A stretch of 64,000 bases of DNA from Anolis carolinensis (taxonomy: Eukaryota). The stretch spans positions 141,435,036 to 141,499,035 of the forward strand of contig NC_085842.1 of the NCBI RefSeq assembly GCF_035594765.1, given 5' to 3'. The notes under the pieces are model-generated. The model did not search any database and was not told where the DNA came from. It was given only the letters and a program-made list of their open reading frames with translations. Positions 1 to 12,190 of the stretch are shown piece after piece; position 1 is the stretch's first letter, and each line of letters starts with the position of its first letter. The position numbers and the translations under genes are program-made.

Positions 1-2
1 TT

Positions 3-1502
3 TTTCAAGACCACATTCATCACTGACACCAACTGTGGTACTAGCTCTTCCTTAAACGTTTTATAGTATAGGGTCGAAAGTCCATCTGCCCCAGGGGACT
101 TATTTACTTTAGCCATATTTATTGTCCTGATTACTTCCTCTGGTGTAATTTGTTTGTCTAAGTCAGCTTTCATTGCTTCTGAAATTTGTTTTAAGTTTGT
201 CTCCTCCACATACTGGGAGATTGTCTTAATCTCCCCCTGAGTTTTTTTGTATAAGTTGGCATAATATTCTTCGAATAGTTTTTGTATCTGTTGTGAATCG
301 GTGACAGTTTCTCCTTTATTTTTTATCCTCATTATCAATGGTTTTTTCTTTGCATCTTTTATTTGCAAAGCTAATAATTTCCCTGGTTTGTTTGCATTTT
401 CAAAAAAGTTGTATCTATTATACATAACTTTCCTTTCTATTTCACTAGCAATTAGCTGTTCGTATTGTTGGTGCAATTTTTTTAGTTCACCTTGTAGTCT
501 TGTCTTTGTACCTTTTTCTTTTTCTATTTCTAATTCCTTTGTCCTGATTTTTGATAACAACTCCAGTTGGGCCTTATTTTTTCCTTTGTACCAGATCGAG
601 TTTTGTTGTATCAATAACCCTCTAATTACTGCTTTACCAGCATCCCAGACTATTCCCTCCTTCATTTCTTCTTTAGCATTGTCCTTAAAGTAATTATTAA
701 TCCCCATTCTAATTTTTTCCCTATGTGACTTGATTTTCAAAATATAATCATTCATTCTCCAGGCTCTGTTTCTTTTATATCCCACTCTTAATTTCATTAA
801 TATCGGATTATGGTCGGCTAATACTCTTGGTAATAATTCAATCTTCTCTGTTTTACCCACTAGTTCCTTAGTGCCAAATATCAGATCAATTCTTGAGGAT
901 GTGCCATGTCTATGTGAATAGTATGAATACTCTTTCCTTGTTGGATTGTGGACTCTCCAGATATCATAAAGTTCCCAATACTGAATTTCCCTTAGGAAGG
1001 ATCCTGGGAGTCGGCCTTCCTTCCTGTCCTTTTTAACTTTACTATCTCTGTCCTCTTTGGGCACCATGACTCCATTAAAATCCCCCATCCATAACATTTC
1101 CTTTTCCCCATATTCTGCTAATATACGTGTCAATTTTTTATAGAACAGTTTTTGTTTGTTGTTTGGTGCGTAGACTCCAACTAATAGTACAGGGGCTTTT
1201 TGTATATATACTTTAATTATTAATATTCTGCCATCCTCATCACAGAATATTTTCTCTGGTGCCAGATCTTTTTTTATATAGAAGAGTACTCCATTGGTCT
1301 TTTTACTGTTACATGCTGTGAATAAATGGCCCAGCCTTTCTCTTTTTAACAGGTGACTATCCTTGTATATCAGATGTGTCTCAACCAAACACACTATGTC
1401 TGATTTGATTTTCTGCAAGAAATGAACCACTTTCTTACGTTTATAGCCATTATTCAAACCGTTAATGTTACAAGACATGATTTTTAAATTTTGTACAGAC
1501 AT
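3..1502 (-). CDS. L1 ORF2p, partial: APE endonuclease domain and linker towards RT; open to the window edge
   Basis: Manual translation from ATG at 1502 gives MSVQNLKIMSCNINGLNNGYKRKKV...DIVCLVETH, MGDFNG, SSRIDLIF, ADHNPI and KSPGADGL. It is absent from the ORF track, consistent with no stop codon inside the window. Confidence 0.92.
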   Translation of the reverse strand, partial: MSVQNLKIMSCNINGLNNGYKRKKVVHFLQKIKSDIVCLVETHLIYKDSHLLKRERLGHLFTACNSKKTNGVLFYIKKDLAPEKIFCDEDGRILIIKVYIQKAPVLLVGVYAPNNKQKLFYKKLTRILAEYGEKEMLWMGDFNGVMVPKEDRDSKVKKDRKEGRLPGSFLREIQYWELYDIWRVHNPTRKEYSYYSHRHGTSSRIDLIFGTKELVGKTEKIELLPRVLADHNPILMKLRVGYKRNRAWRMNDYILKIKSHREKIRMGINNYFKDNAKEEMKEGIVWDAGKAVIRGLLIQQNSIWYKGKNKAQLELLSKIRTKELEIEKEKGTKTRLQGELKKLHQQYEQLIASEIERKVMYNRYNFFENANKPGKLLALQIKDAKKKPLIMRIKNKGETVTDSQQIQKLFEEYYANLYKKTQGEIKTISQYVEETNLKQISEAMKADLDKQITPEEVIRTINMAKVNKSPGADGLSTLYYKTFKEELVPQLVSVMNVVLK

Positions 1503-1611
1503 TTGAATCTACTCAATCCCATCCCCCCACCTTTTCCCCATCCCAGTCAGCAAAAGAAACATATTGTATTTCCCAATAATCAGTTCATTACTCTTAATGT
1601 CTCTTTATTTG

Positions 1612-2661
1612 TTAGTCTGTTCCCCCACTTTTTTCATCTTCTTCCACTTCTTCAACTTCATCTTCCTCTTCTTTTTCTTCATCTGTCTGGGTGCCCTCCT
1701 TCTCATTTTCATCCTGCTCCTTCTGCTTTCGCTCCTTCCTTTCCTGTGGCACCCCTTTACCCCTTCTGTGCCCCTGGCTCTCATCGCCTGCAAGCTGTTG
1801 TTCTCCCCCCGGAAAGTCCTGGGCATATTTCCTTAGGAACTGTTCAACCTTCCCTGCATCTGTAATATAGTGTCTCTTTGACTTATGGTAGAAGGAGACA
1901 CCCTTTGGGAAGAGCCAACGAAAGGGGGTGCCTTTGTTCTTCAGTTTAACCACCAGTGCATTGAATTCTTTCCTTTTTCTAAGAAGCCTTCCTGGGATCT
2001 CCTTCATCATTAATATTTTCTTTCCCTCAATCACAATTGGGGTTTCATATTGTTTTTTCAGCACTATCTCCTTAAATGTTTTGGCAACAAATTGTACTAT
2101 ACAGTCCCGAGGTACTTTTTTTTGTCTTGCGAAGGCTGAGTTGATTCTGAAACAAGACGAAATTGAAGCATGAATAATGTCCAGATCTTGCTCTTTCAGC
2201 AGCCCTGCCAACATATTAGCAATGAAAGAGATGAGACTTTCTCTTTCCAGGCCCTCCTTAAGACCTCGTATCCTCAAAGATCACTCACAGGCTTTCAATT
2301 CTTGCATCGCTATGGCATCTAAGACCTGTTCATGGTGGTCTTCATAGGTTTGACTCTGCTCTTCCAGTCTTTCCACTCTTTTTTTAACAGATTTTTGGTC
2401 TTTGTCCAGTTTTGCAAGTTTATTGTCCATTTGGTCTTGCCTATTAGCAATTTTTTGTAAGTCCTGCTGCACTGCTCCTATTGCTTGTGTCAGATTTTCA
2501 AACATTGATCTAATCTCCAGGAGGGTTTGGTCTGGTGCTGCTGCTGCTGCTGCTGTGGAGACTTGTTTTTTTATTTTTTCAGATGCTGCAGGGACTGTGG
2601 CATAAGATGATATCAGGCCTTTCATCCCCGGCCCCGTCACTTTGGGGGAGCGTTTATCCAT
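1612..2661 (-). pseudogene. L1 ORF1p (coiled coil, RRM-like and C-terminal domains) interrupted by one in-frame TGA at 2281-2283
   Basis: ORFs 2281-2673 and 1612-2277 share a frame. The junction reads ELKACE*SLRIRGLKEG, matching the L1 ORF1 'R.nlRI.GlpE' motif. It has an N-terminal heptad coiled coil and PRDCIVQF; the first ATG is at 2661. Confidence 0.88.
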
Positions 2662-3636
2662 TTTTTTCCCCACTCCTTTTTGTATCTAGATCTTGACTTT
2701 TTTTTCCCTTTTCCTCTCCTTCTCTCTCCTCCTTCTTGCTCAAGGCCGTTCAAGGCCGTTCAGTTCTGTAGACAAAACAACTATTCCGGAGAGTGCTGCT
2801 TATAGGAATCTGCCAAGATGGGTGGTGGTGGGGATAGGTATAGTTAAACCTCAAACATAAGAGGAAAACAGTGTCTTTTAATCCAATTATTATTCTTCTG
2901 AATCTTAGTTCAATTAAAGTCCTTGCAACTATACATCTTCTGGATTGGAGACATCTGGATCAAGCCTCCTATCAGGCATGGTCAGTAGCATGCATATTCA
3001 TAGTCTTTTGTTACGACCTGCCTCTTTCAGCACAGTATTACAGTGCAGCTTTTAAACTTTGGAATACAATACTTTTAGGCTCTTGTCTCTCAAGGAGTTA
3101 GCTTAGCAAATTATCTTATCTCCAGCAGGAAAAGTCCAAGCTTTTAATTGTCAAAGGAACTTATTTATAGCTTCAGTGCTCAGTGCTAAATCAAATAAAC
3201 GTAAATCATGTGCTTACTTAAGAGAAGAAGAGTTGGAGCCTTATGCGGAGAGATCGTGGAGACGGGAGGATTTCTCTGTGCCTTCGAGCTTTCCATTCGA
3301 GATGCTCTTTGCCGGCAGACACTCTCCTCTCTTTGTCTCGCCCAAAGATGAGGAATTTGAGGGGTGAAGATAACCTTTCCCCTCACCGTCTATCTCCAAT
3401 GCACGGAGCTGAGGTTCCATGCAGCTTTCTCTCCTCAGCTCCAACCGGAAGTCCCGATCATACTAATTTCTTAAATAGAGCCATGCACTTTAAATCTACT
3501 TATTATATTTATTTTCCTGCAGTGAGCTCAGTGTAGCATGATGACTCCTCTCTGACTCATAAACACAGGTACCCATTTTGCACTTGTAACAAATTTATGG
3601 TGTATTCTAGGCCAAGAGACAGTAATTGGTCTGGGA

Positions 3637-3771
3637 CAGTGATTCCCAACCTGTGGGTCCCCAAGTGTTTTGGCCTTCAACTCCCAGAAATCCCTGCCAG
3701 TTTACCTGTTGTTATGATTTTTGGGAGTTGAAGGCCAAAACATCTGGGGACCCACAGGTTGAGAACCACTG
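3637..3771. mobile_element. hAT (Charlie-type) MITE, near-palindromic
   Basis: Ends are CAGTGATTCCCAACCTGTGGGTCCCC and GGGGACCCACAGGTTGAGAACCACTG; 8-bp flanks gtctggga/gtctatga match at 6/8. Confidence 0.8.
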
Positions 3772-3879
3772 GTCTATGATAACTCAGTGAGGTCCATGGT
3801 CAAATGGAGATTCGAACTTGAGTCTCTCCAGCATGATACTTGCATTTCAGGAAATCTGATTTTGAGAAATTTGGGGAAA

Positions 3880-4865
3880 TATTAACTAGAGCTGCTAAAG
3901 GAAAAGGACAACAAACAAAGCTGAGAAGAAGGAGTTGCAAAAGCAGCTCAATATAGAAACATTTTCATGTCAGAAGAAAAATGGGAAGTTCGGAAAAAGT
4001 CAATTTTGCTGCACAGCAAACTTAATGAAGAAGTGAAAAGAAAAAGGAACATTGTGAAGAATGGAAGGAAGGAGGATTCACCAAGGAAGAGTCCAGATGT
4101 GTGGGCCAAACAAGCAGAAACAGTATAAAGAAAGCTAAAGTTTAGAATGATCTGAGATTTGTTAGGGAAGTAAAGGTGTTTCTCAGATACACTGGAGACA
4201 AAAGAATGACCATAGAAAAGAAAATGACTATAGAAACAGTGAGAATGGTAAAATACTGTATATTCACAATGATAAGGCATAATTACTCAATACCCATTTT
4301 GTTTAAATTTACTTTGAAAAAGAGAACTGTCAATTTTCATGCAGCAACAGAGATTTTGGCAACTGATCTCAATTGCAAATCATGATTGAGAGAGAGTCAG
4401 GAATTACTTAATTTGCTTAAAGGCGTTCAGCTCTGCAAGACCAAATGAATCACATTCCAAACTACTGAAGGAAGTTGCCAGTGTGCTCTAGAACCCTTAC
4501 CATCATTTTGAGAAATCTTGGAGAACAATTAATGTACATAAGGACTGGAAAATGGCAAACATCGTCCCTCAGGAAACTACAGACCAGTCAATCTGACCTC
4601 AATATCAGGGGAAATATTGGAATGTTTCAAATAGCAATCTGATTGCAAATATCTTAATAACAACGCAGAGATCACTAGGAGTCAAAATGGTTTTTGTCAA
4701 GAACAAATCTGGCCAAAGTAATCTTGTATCTTTTATCCAAATAGGTCACAAATTTAGTAAACCGTGGGACTGCTGTGTCTGTCATTTATCTGGATTTCAG
4801 CAAAACATATAACATCCCTCATAATATTCTGATTAGTGAACTGATTAACAGTGGAATAGATATGA
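3880..4865 (+). mobile_element. Degenerate CR1 LINE ORF2 fragment
   Basis: Remnants include gactggaaaatggcaaacatcgtccc (DWK.ANIVP), aactacagaccagtcaatctgacctc (NYRPV.LTS) and atttatctggatttcagcaaa (IYLDFSK), with many stops and frameshifts. Confidence 0.75.
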
Positions 4866-4885
4866 AGACATAAATCACCTCCATT

Positions 4886-5691
4886 CAGAGGCGGTCCAAC
4901 CATAAGGCGAAATAGGCATTTGTCTGTGGCGCCATTGTACCGGGGGCACCATCGTCCTGGGAGGAGGGCACCACTCTCCACCTCCTTCTCTTTCGGGCCT
5001 TCCAGCGACCGCGCTGGGCCTTCCGGCCGGCGCAGACCCACCTTCGCACCACGCAAGCCCACCTTTGGGGCCTTCAGAGATTGTGAGGTCTGTAGGAACT
5101 TGGAAGCTAGGTATGTGGGGTTTATATATCTGTAGAAGGTCCAGGGTGGGAGAAAGAACTTTTCTTTGAAGCAGGTGTGAATGTTGTAATTAATCACCTT
5201 GATTAGCATTTAATGGCCCTGTGGCTTCAAGGCCTGGCTTCTTCTTGCCTGGGAGAATCTTTTTTTGGGAGGAGTTAGCTGTCCCTGATTGTTTACTGTC
5301 TGGATTTCTTCTGTTTTCAGAGTGTTGTTCTTTATTTATTGTCCTGATTTTAGAGGGTTTTTTTTAATACTGAGGGCTATCTGGGTTATCTAAGTCCACA
5401 CTGCCCTATATCCCTGTTCAATGTTTAGTGCTAAATTTGCAAATATAGTAATTCCTACATAACATTGCCATGTATTGAACTGCTTTTTCTATTGATTTGT
5501 TGTAAAACATGATGTTTTGGTGCTTAATTTTTAAAATCATAATGTAATTTGATGTTTTATAGGCTTTTCCTTTATACTTCCTTATTATCCAACATTTTCG
5601 CTTATCCAACGCTTTTATTTTTCAGTGATTGGTTTGGGGGGCGCCAAAATTCTGTTCGCCTACACTTGAAAAACACCTAGGGCCGGCTCTG
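4886..5691. mobile_element. Non-autonomous composite hAT element carrying Penelope-like and Tc1/mariner-MITE fragments
   Basis: Exact 8-bp TSD cctccatt (4878-4885 and 5692-5699); imperfect TIRs CAGAGGCGGTCC / GGCCGGCTCTG; 5420-5610 is similar to the MITE at 24796-25486. Confidence 0.85.
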
Positions 5692-7491
5692 CCTCCATTA
5701 CACTGGTCACATGGACATAGTTAGCAAATGCACCTGCGGTGTCAAGGAGTTGGAGTTCACTGAGACTTCTGTGACCATCTAGCAGTACTGGCTGTAACAG
5801 GGAAATTGGGCAGAATTGATTTCGCCCTTGCTAGACCATGCAGACTCCTCTCCATATTTCTGTTTCGAACTAGCCCTGGAATAATTGGCAGGTGTAGATA
5901 AGCCCCTAATTACCTGAAGGTCAGTATTCTCTCATAAAAGCTGGTCTGGATTTTTGATCTTTGTAGGAGACCCTCCTTTTAGTCCCATCATACAGATGTA
6001 TGTCTAGTAGGAATGTGAAAGAGAATCTTCTTTGTGGTTGCTCCTGTAGGTGTTGTCAAGGGAATCTAGGATGTCTCCCTTCCTATTAACTTTCTGCCAG
6101 AAGGCTTAGGCCTTTTCATTCTTGTGACGCTTTCACATTTCAACTGGGTGATACTTCAGGAGTTTTATCTGCTTAGGTGATGCTGTTTCTTTCTTTTTAA
6201 AAATACAATCAATCTGTTTGTAATTGTACTTTTTATGTTCAGAATGTTTTTGATTTCATTTTTGTTATGGCTAGTCATTTTGAGATTCAATTTTATGACA
6301 GAAAGAAAGGTTCTAAATTTAAGAAATAAGTCAATATACAGAAAAACAAACAGATAACATTGCTCTATTGTTTTGAAAATGTGAATATGTGAATCTGGAG
6401 GTAAGAATTTGAAAGATGAAAAATCATTGTGGCAAATTTCACTATTGTTAGGGTCAGAAATCACTGGGACTCCGATGATCCTTGAAAATGACAGACTTCG
6501 GGACCGGTCCCTCCAGATATCCTCTGAAGACCTACCCATTTATGACAACCATCAAATCCAGCTTGTTTCCTTTCTGAAATTGGTCTCTCTTTCCCCTTGA
6601 GCTTGCTGATTTAAAAAAGTCTATTTTCGTGCGAGGTCAGTTTCCTCCTGGGCCCCAGTGTAGAATCTTTCAATTTCATCTTCTTCTGCCTCTACAGTTG
6701 AAATATAAACTTGGCTTATGTATATTGATGGGTTTTTCCTGGAGTGATATGATTCTATCAGACTGCGCAATGTATCATTTCACTGTTTTTGCTACATTTC
6801 CTCCCACTATTAATGCCATTCAATATCACTGTATTTATGTGACTCACAATTTCCTATTCCTGTTCACTTTACTTCCCTCACCCAAGTATTGCAATATAGT
6901 TTCCCCTGATTTATGCTTCTCACATTCTATGTTCCTATAACGTGTGTTGTGCAGCTTCAGACTTTCCTTTCACTTCTGAGAACGCCAACAACTGAACGTA
7001 CTTTTGGCTTGAATCCAGTTGCACCATTAGCCACAGCAATAGTATTCATAGTTGTCCTTTGCTCCCCCCCCCCCCCCCCCAATAGCATGTTGAATGCCTT
7101 CCAATCATTGGGTGTCCTCTCCTGGCACTATCTCTTGTTTCATTTTGACTGGTTTCATCCTATGGTATTCATGGTAAAAAGAGGGTTACCGTACTTCTTT
7201 CTGTGCAATACTAACAAATATTGGCTAAAGTTCCACTATCGTTTCTGAGAGATAATCTCCTAGCTAGTGATGCTGTCCAGTAACTGTTTGGCATATTTAG
7301 GCTGGCCTTCAGCAACAGCCTGTCTCACATGAAAGTTCCTACTACTCCTGTTTGGACTAATAATTGGGCTATGGCCAGAATTAAAATGAGATCATCTATA
7401 GAATGTGATAGAAGTTTTAAAAACCTTGTATTTTATTCAGTGTTCTTAAAGTATACCCAACTTTCTTTTACTCCACCTACTGCATCCAATA

Positions 7492-7825
7492 AGGCCCCTG
7501 GTGGTGGCGCACTGTGTTAAAACGCTGAGCTGCTGAACTTGCAGACCAAAAGGTCCCAGGTTCAAATCTCGGGAGCGGAATGAGCACCCGCTGTTAGCCC
7601 CAGCTCCTGCCAACCTAGCAGTTCGAAAACATGGAAATGTGAGTAGATCAATAGGTACTGTTCCAGCGAGAAGGTAACGGTGCTCCATGCAGTCGTGCCG
7701 GCCACATGACCTTGGAGGTGTCTACGGACAACGCCGGCTCTTCCGCTTAGAAATGGAGATGAGCACCAACCCCCAGAGTCGGTCACGACTGGACTTAACG
7801 TCAGGGGAAAACCTTTACCTTTACC
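7492..7825 (+). mobile_element. Sauria SINE, full length
   Basis: tRNA-like head with a box B-like ggttcaaat, a gcagttcgaaaacatg core, an (ACCTTT)n tail and an exact 10-bp TSD gcatccaata (7482-7491, 7826-7835). Confidence 0.92.
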
Positions 7826-7952
7826 GCATCCAATACTAGAGCTAAAAACAGATTTAAAAAACAGATGCAAATTGAAATAGAATATTGAAAATATTAAAAT
7901 AACATTAAAAAGATTGCTGTATGAAAACTTAATTTGAAACAATTTAAAATAC

Positions 7953-10326
7953 ATGAGGAGGCTTATGGACCCGGATGGATTCCTGATGTCTCTTGGGGAT
8001 TTTCCTGCCATACTTGTTGACGGTCCTGTTGGTGTCCTGATAGATCTCTATAACACGGAGGTCTCTAGGGCAATAGACACGATCGCCCCTGAGCATCCCC
8101 TCTTGTCGCATTGGTCCAAACCAGCCCCCTGGTTTACTGGGGAGCTGGCGGTGAGGCGGGGGCTAGAGAGCCGTTGTACAAGGCGGGGGCTAGAGAGCCA
8201 TTGGCAGAGGACTCGAAGTGTATCCGACTGAACACGGGCTAAAGCCTCTCTTAAGGCATACTCCGTGGCAATGCCCGCAGCCAGAAAGACTTTCTCGACT
8301 GCGCGCATTGCGTCTGCAACTAATAGACCAAGAGAGTTGTTTCAGGTGGTCAGGGTGCTCCTCTATCCCCCTGAGGGGGAGGGGCCTTCTGATCACCTGA
8401 CAACCCGATGTGGCCAGTTCGCACATCATTTTGCAGATGAAGTCGCTTGATTTCGCTCCAGCTTGGACGCTGACATTAGTGCAGAACCAGGGGATGTAAC
8501 CGAGGCACCTGTCTGTCAGAATTTATTGGATTCGTTCCAACTTGTTCAGCCTGATGACGTTGACAAGGTTCTTGGAGCGGTGAGGGCAACCACTTGTATC
8601 CTTGATCCTTGCCCATCTTGGCTTATCGAACTTGCCGATGGGAGGCTGGCTGATTGGTTTACTAGTATCATTAATGCCTCTTTACAGCAAGGGCATGTTC
8701 CATCTTGCCTTAAAAAGGCAATTGTAAGGCTCATATTAAAGAAGGTGACTTTAGATTCATTATTATTGAACAACTACTGGCCAATCTCTAACCTCCCATT
8801 TTTGGGCAAGGTCCTGGAGAGAGTGGTTGTTTCTCAGCTCCAGGAATTCTTGGATGAGACCGATTATCTGGATTTGTCACAGTCTGGCTTCAGGCCTGGT
8901 CATGGGACTGAAATGGCTTGGTGGATGACCTCCGCAGAGAACTAGATAGGGGGAGTGCATCTCTTCTGGTTCTCCTGGACATCTCAGCGGCGTTCGATAC
9001 CATCGACCATGGTATCATTCTGGGGCGGCTCTCGGGAATGGGTCTTGGGGGCATTGCTTTGCAGTGGCTCCGCTCCTTCCTGGAGGGTCGTTCCCAGATG
9101 GTGAAGCTGGGGGACACCTGCTCGGACCCCTGGCCTTTGACCTGTGGGGTCCCACAAGGTTCCATTCTCTCCCCCATGCTTTTCAACATCTACATGAAAC
9201 CGCTGGGAGAGGTCATCCGGGGTTTTGGAGTTCGGTGCCATCTTTACGCAGATGACACACAACTCTACTACTCTTTTCCACCAAACTCCAAGGAAGCCGC
9301 TCAGACCCTAAACCGGTGCCTGGCAGCTGTGTCGAACTGGATGAGGGCTAACAAGTTGAAGCTTAATCCAGACAAGGCAGAGGCCCTCCTGGTCAGTCGT
9401 GGGACCAATAGGGGTATTGGGTGGCAACCTGTGCTTGACGGGGTTGCACTCCCCCTGAAGGCGCAGGTCTGCAGTCTGGGGGTCCCCCTGGATTCATCTC
9501 TGGCGCTTGATGCCCAGGTGGGCCTTTGCACATTTAAAACTTGTGCGCCAGCTGCGACCATACCTTGAGAAGTCTGACTTGGCCATGGTGGTCCATTCCT
9601 TAGTTACATCCAGACTGGATTACTGCAATGCTCTCTACGTGGGGCTGCCCCTGAAGACGGCCCGGAAACTCCAACTGGTTCAAAGAGTGGCAGCCAGATT
9701 TCTAACTGGAGCCGGCTATAGGGAGCACACAATGCCCCTATTAAAGCAGCTCCACTGGCTGCCGATAAACTGCCGGGCCCAATTCAAGGTGCAGGTTTTG
9801 ACCTATAAAGCCCTACACGGCTCGGGCCCTACCTATCTCCATGATCGCATCTCCCCCTGTGAGCCAGTGCGGACCTTGAGATCATCCGGGGAGGCTCTTC
9901 CACGCTCCCACCACCATCTCAAGTGCGACTGGTGGGGACGAGGAAACGAGCCTTCTCAGCAGTGGCCCCCCGGCTCTGGAATGCATTGCCAAAAGAGATC
10001 AGGCAATCCCCTACATTATCCAATTTCCGTAAGGAACTAAAGACCTGGTGGTGTCGGCAGGTTTTTCAGTAATTGCATTAGAATACCGCCGATTTCTGGG
10101 CCTGAATATATTGCACAAGATTTCTCTAACTTAAAATGATACATTTTAATATATTGGGTTTATGGTTCCTGTCCCCTTGATCAGGTCATGTAAATGTTAT
10201 TTATTTCTATAATTGTATTTTTACTTTTCTTAATATGTTATGTTTGTTATGTAATGTTTGTGTTGTTTTTATGATTGGAAACCGCCCTGAGTCCCATCCG
10301 GGAGATAGGGCGGTATATAAATAAAG

Positions 10327-10372
<46 letters not shown>
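7953..10372 (+). mobile_element. 5'-truncated L2-clade LINE with a frameshifted RT ORF
   Basis: Motifs NYWPISNLPFLGKVLE, QSGFRPGHGTE, LLDISAAFDTIDH, GVPQGSILSP, YADDTQLY and SRLDYCNALY; 3' end gccctgagtccc...gggcggtatataaataaa plus a (TTA)n tail. Confidence 0.92.
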
Positions 10373-11825
10373 TAAAAACTATAATAAGTAATCTCTGTAT
10401 CAAAGGGTAATATGTTCCAGGACTTCACATGGATCCTTAAAATTGCAGGTGAAGTGGGCACCATTGAAATGAAGGATGTTTGGCCCAAGAATACAACAAC
10501 ATTGCCATGCGGAGGATCTCAAAAAAGCTAAGAGAGGATGTACTTTGTTGAATGAAACCACAGATACTAGATTTGCAGGTACAGGGGCTGTACTGTACAG
10601 GATCTACCAGTTTCAAGTTATACTTTGAATGTGAATCCAATGTCCAAACTCTTCTCTAATTTGTTAACATCGTATTCCATCCTTTCTCCCAGGAGCTTAG
10701 AGGGTTTTTTTTTCTTTTTATAGCTACTAGAGCAAAAGTTGCTGAGTGACCAAGAATGCTCTGTGAACTTGCGAGCTGTGTGGGGATTTGAAGCATGAAG
10801 TCCAATAACCAACCCCAGTGTTAAAACTACTGCCAACATCATACTCATACTATAACTGTATTTTCCAACTCAAATCCCAAGAAATCAGTATATTGGGCCT
10901 ATTAAAGCTTCTGTAGATTTGGCTGAATTGAATAAAGTTTCTAATGAGACTGAGAAGCAATGGGTCTCATTTTCATTAACATGTATAGCCTAATAACATG
11001 ATCAGGTGAAAATATAATGATTTAGGTTCATTTGATTGAAACAATTGCTTTCTCACTTGTATGCCAAAAAAAGGCTCCAAATGGAGAGGAACTCATCTTT
11101 GTGTGCATCTTTGCATGCATAATTCAGTTGTCATTTTCCCAAGCCCTTTTTTCCCTCTGGTTCTCCAGACAGTTTTGTCTGCATTTCTGTAGTGTTTTTA
11201 CAGCTGCTGAATTGGGGAAAAATCAGATTAAAACATCAATAACAATAGCTTGCTTAATTGTCTTTTCATGGTGCTTCTATTCATTTGAAGCAAGATGAGT
11301 CATTTTTGTTCAGGATATTTAACCATATTATATTTAACCCACTCAGGATTCATTCATTTTTGACCTAAACATTGTTCAGGTTGAATTGGAACATACTGAG
11401 ATGCTCAGATTGCATTTCAGTTGTTTGTACTGATGTAAATGTCCAAAATTCAAGGCAAGAAAACTGGATATGGACTGAGAACATAGTGTTTGGAAATGCT
11501 ATCTTCTAGACTACAATTTTTCCCAATCCCAGCCTCCTCTCTAAACACTGCATAAGATCCAGCTTCAAAATGCTACAGTGGCGTTCGTTGGGTAAGTGGA
11601 TATATGCCAACATACCCACAGGGTTGTTGTGAGAATAAAATGCCTGGATGAAGAACCATATTATGAGCTACACCCAGATAATATAAATGAAGTAAAATAG
11701 GCAAAAAAAGTATTTTGGAATGACCAATGCTTTAAATTTCTCCAACAATATTCTTACAATATACAATTCTATGTCCACAATTCTCTTGTAGCTGCATAAA
11801 ATTCATATGACAGCTTCAAGATAAT

Positions 11826-11978
11826 NNNNNNNNNNNNNNNNNNNNNNNNNNNNNNNNNNNNNNNNNNNNNNNNNNNNNNNNNNNNNNNNNNNNNNNNNNN
11901 NNNNNNNNNNNNNNNNNNNNNNNNNNNNNNNNNNNNNNNNNNNNNNNNNNNNNNNNNNNNNNNNNNNNNNNNNNNNNN
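11826..11978. other. Assembly gap (153 N)
   Basis: Run of N in the sequence. Confidence 1.
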
Positions 11979-12190
11979 CCCAATCCTACCATGTTTTGTA
12001 TATATCTTATTTCAGAGTGATGCCTACTGAACATTTTTGTTCAGGCTCAGATTCTTCTGCATCTTCTCTTTCTCAATTGATGTTATATTGACAGTTCTAT
12101 GCTTCAGTATTGTTTTTACTGTTATTATTGCCTTGCCTTTTCTGTCCTGCCCAGTGCCCACCCTTCAGGCATTACTAATATGAATGGAAA

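Larger units (their letters stand above)
1..3455 (-). mobile_element. L1-clade LINE, 5' half (5'UTR, ORF1, inter-ORF spacer, ORF2 N-terminus); the 3' part lies outside the window
   Basis: The minus strand starts GGGACTTCCGGTTGGAG at about 3455, followed by a ~800-bp 5'UTR, an L1-type ORF1 and an ORF2 with APE endonuclease motifs. Confidence 0.92.

Noticed and set aside
301-2605. Plus-strand ORFs at 301-693, 1491-1865, 1928-2173 and 2402-2605
   Set aside because: Antisense shadows of the A-rich L1 ORFs.
6409-6940. Short ORFs as possible host exons (also 23187-23693, 45148-45423 and 50039-50428)
   Set aside because: No recognisable domains, no consistent splice structure, and composition typical of random AT-rich DNA; small exons cannot be excluded without alignment.
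7492-7570. tRNA gene
   Set aside because: It is the tRNA-derived head of a Sauria SINE; the same applies at 30339 and 27928.
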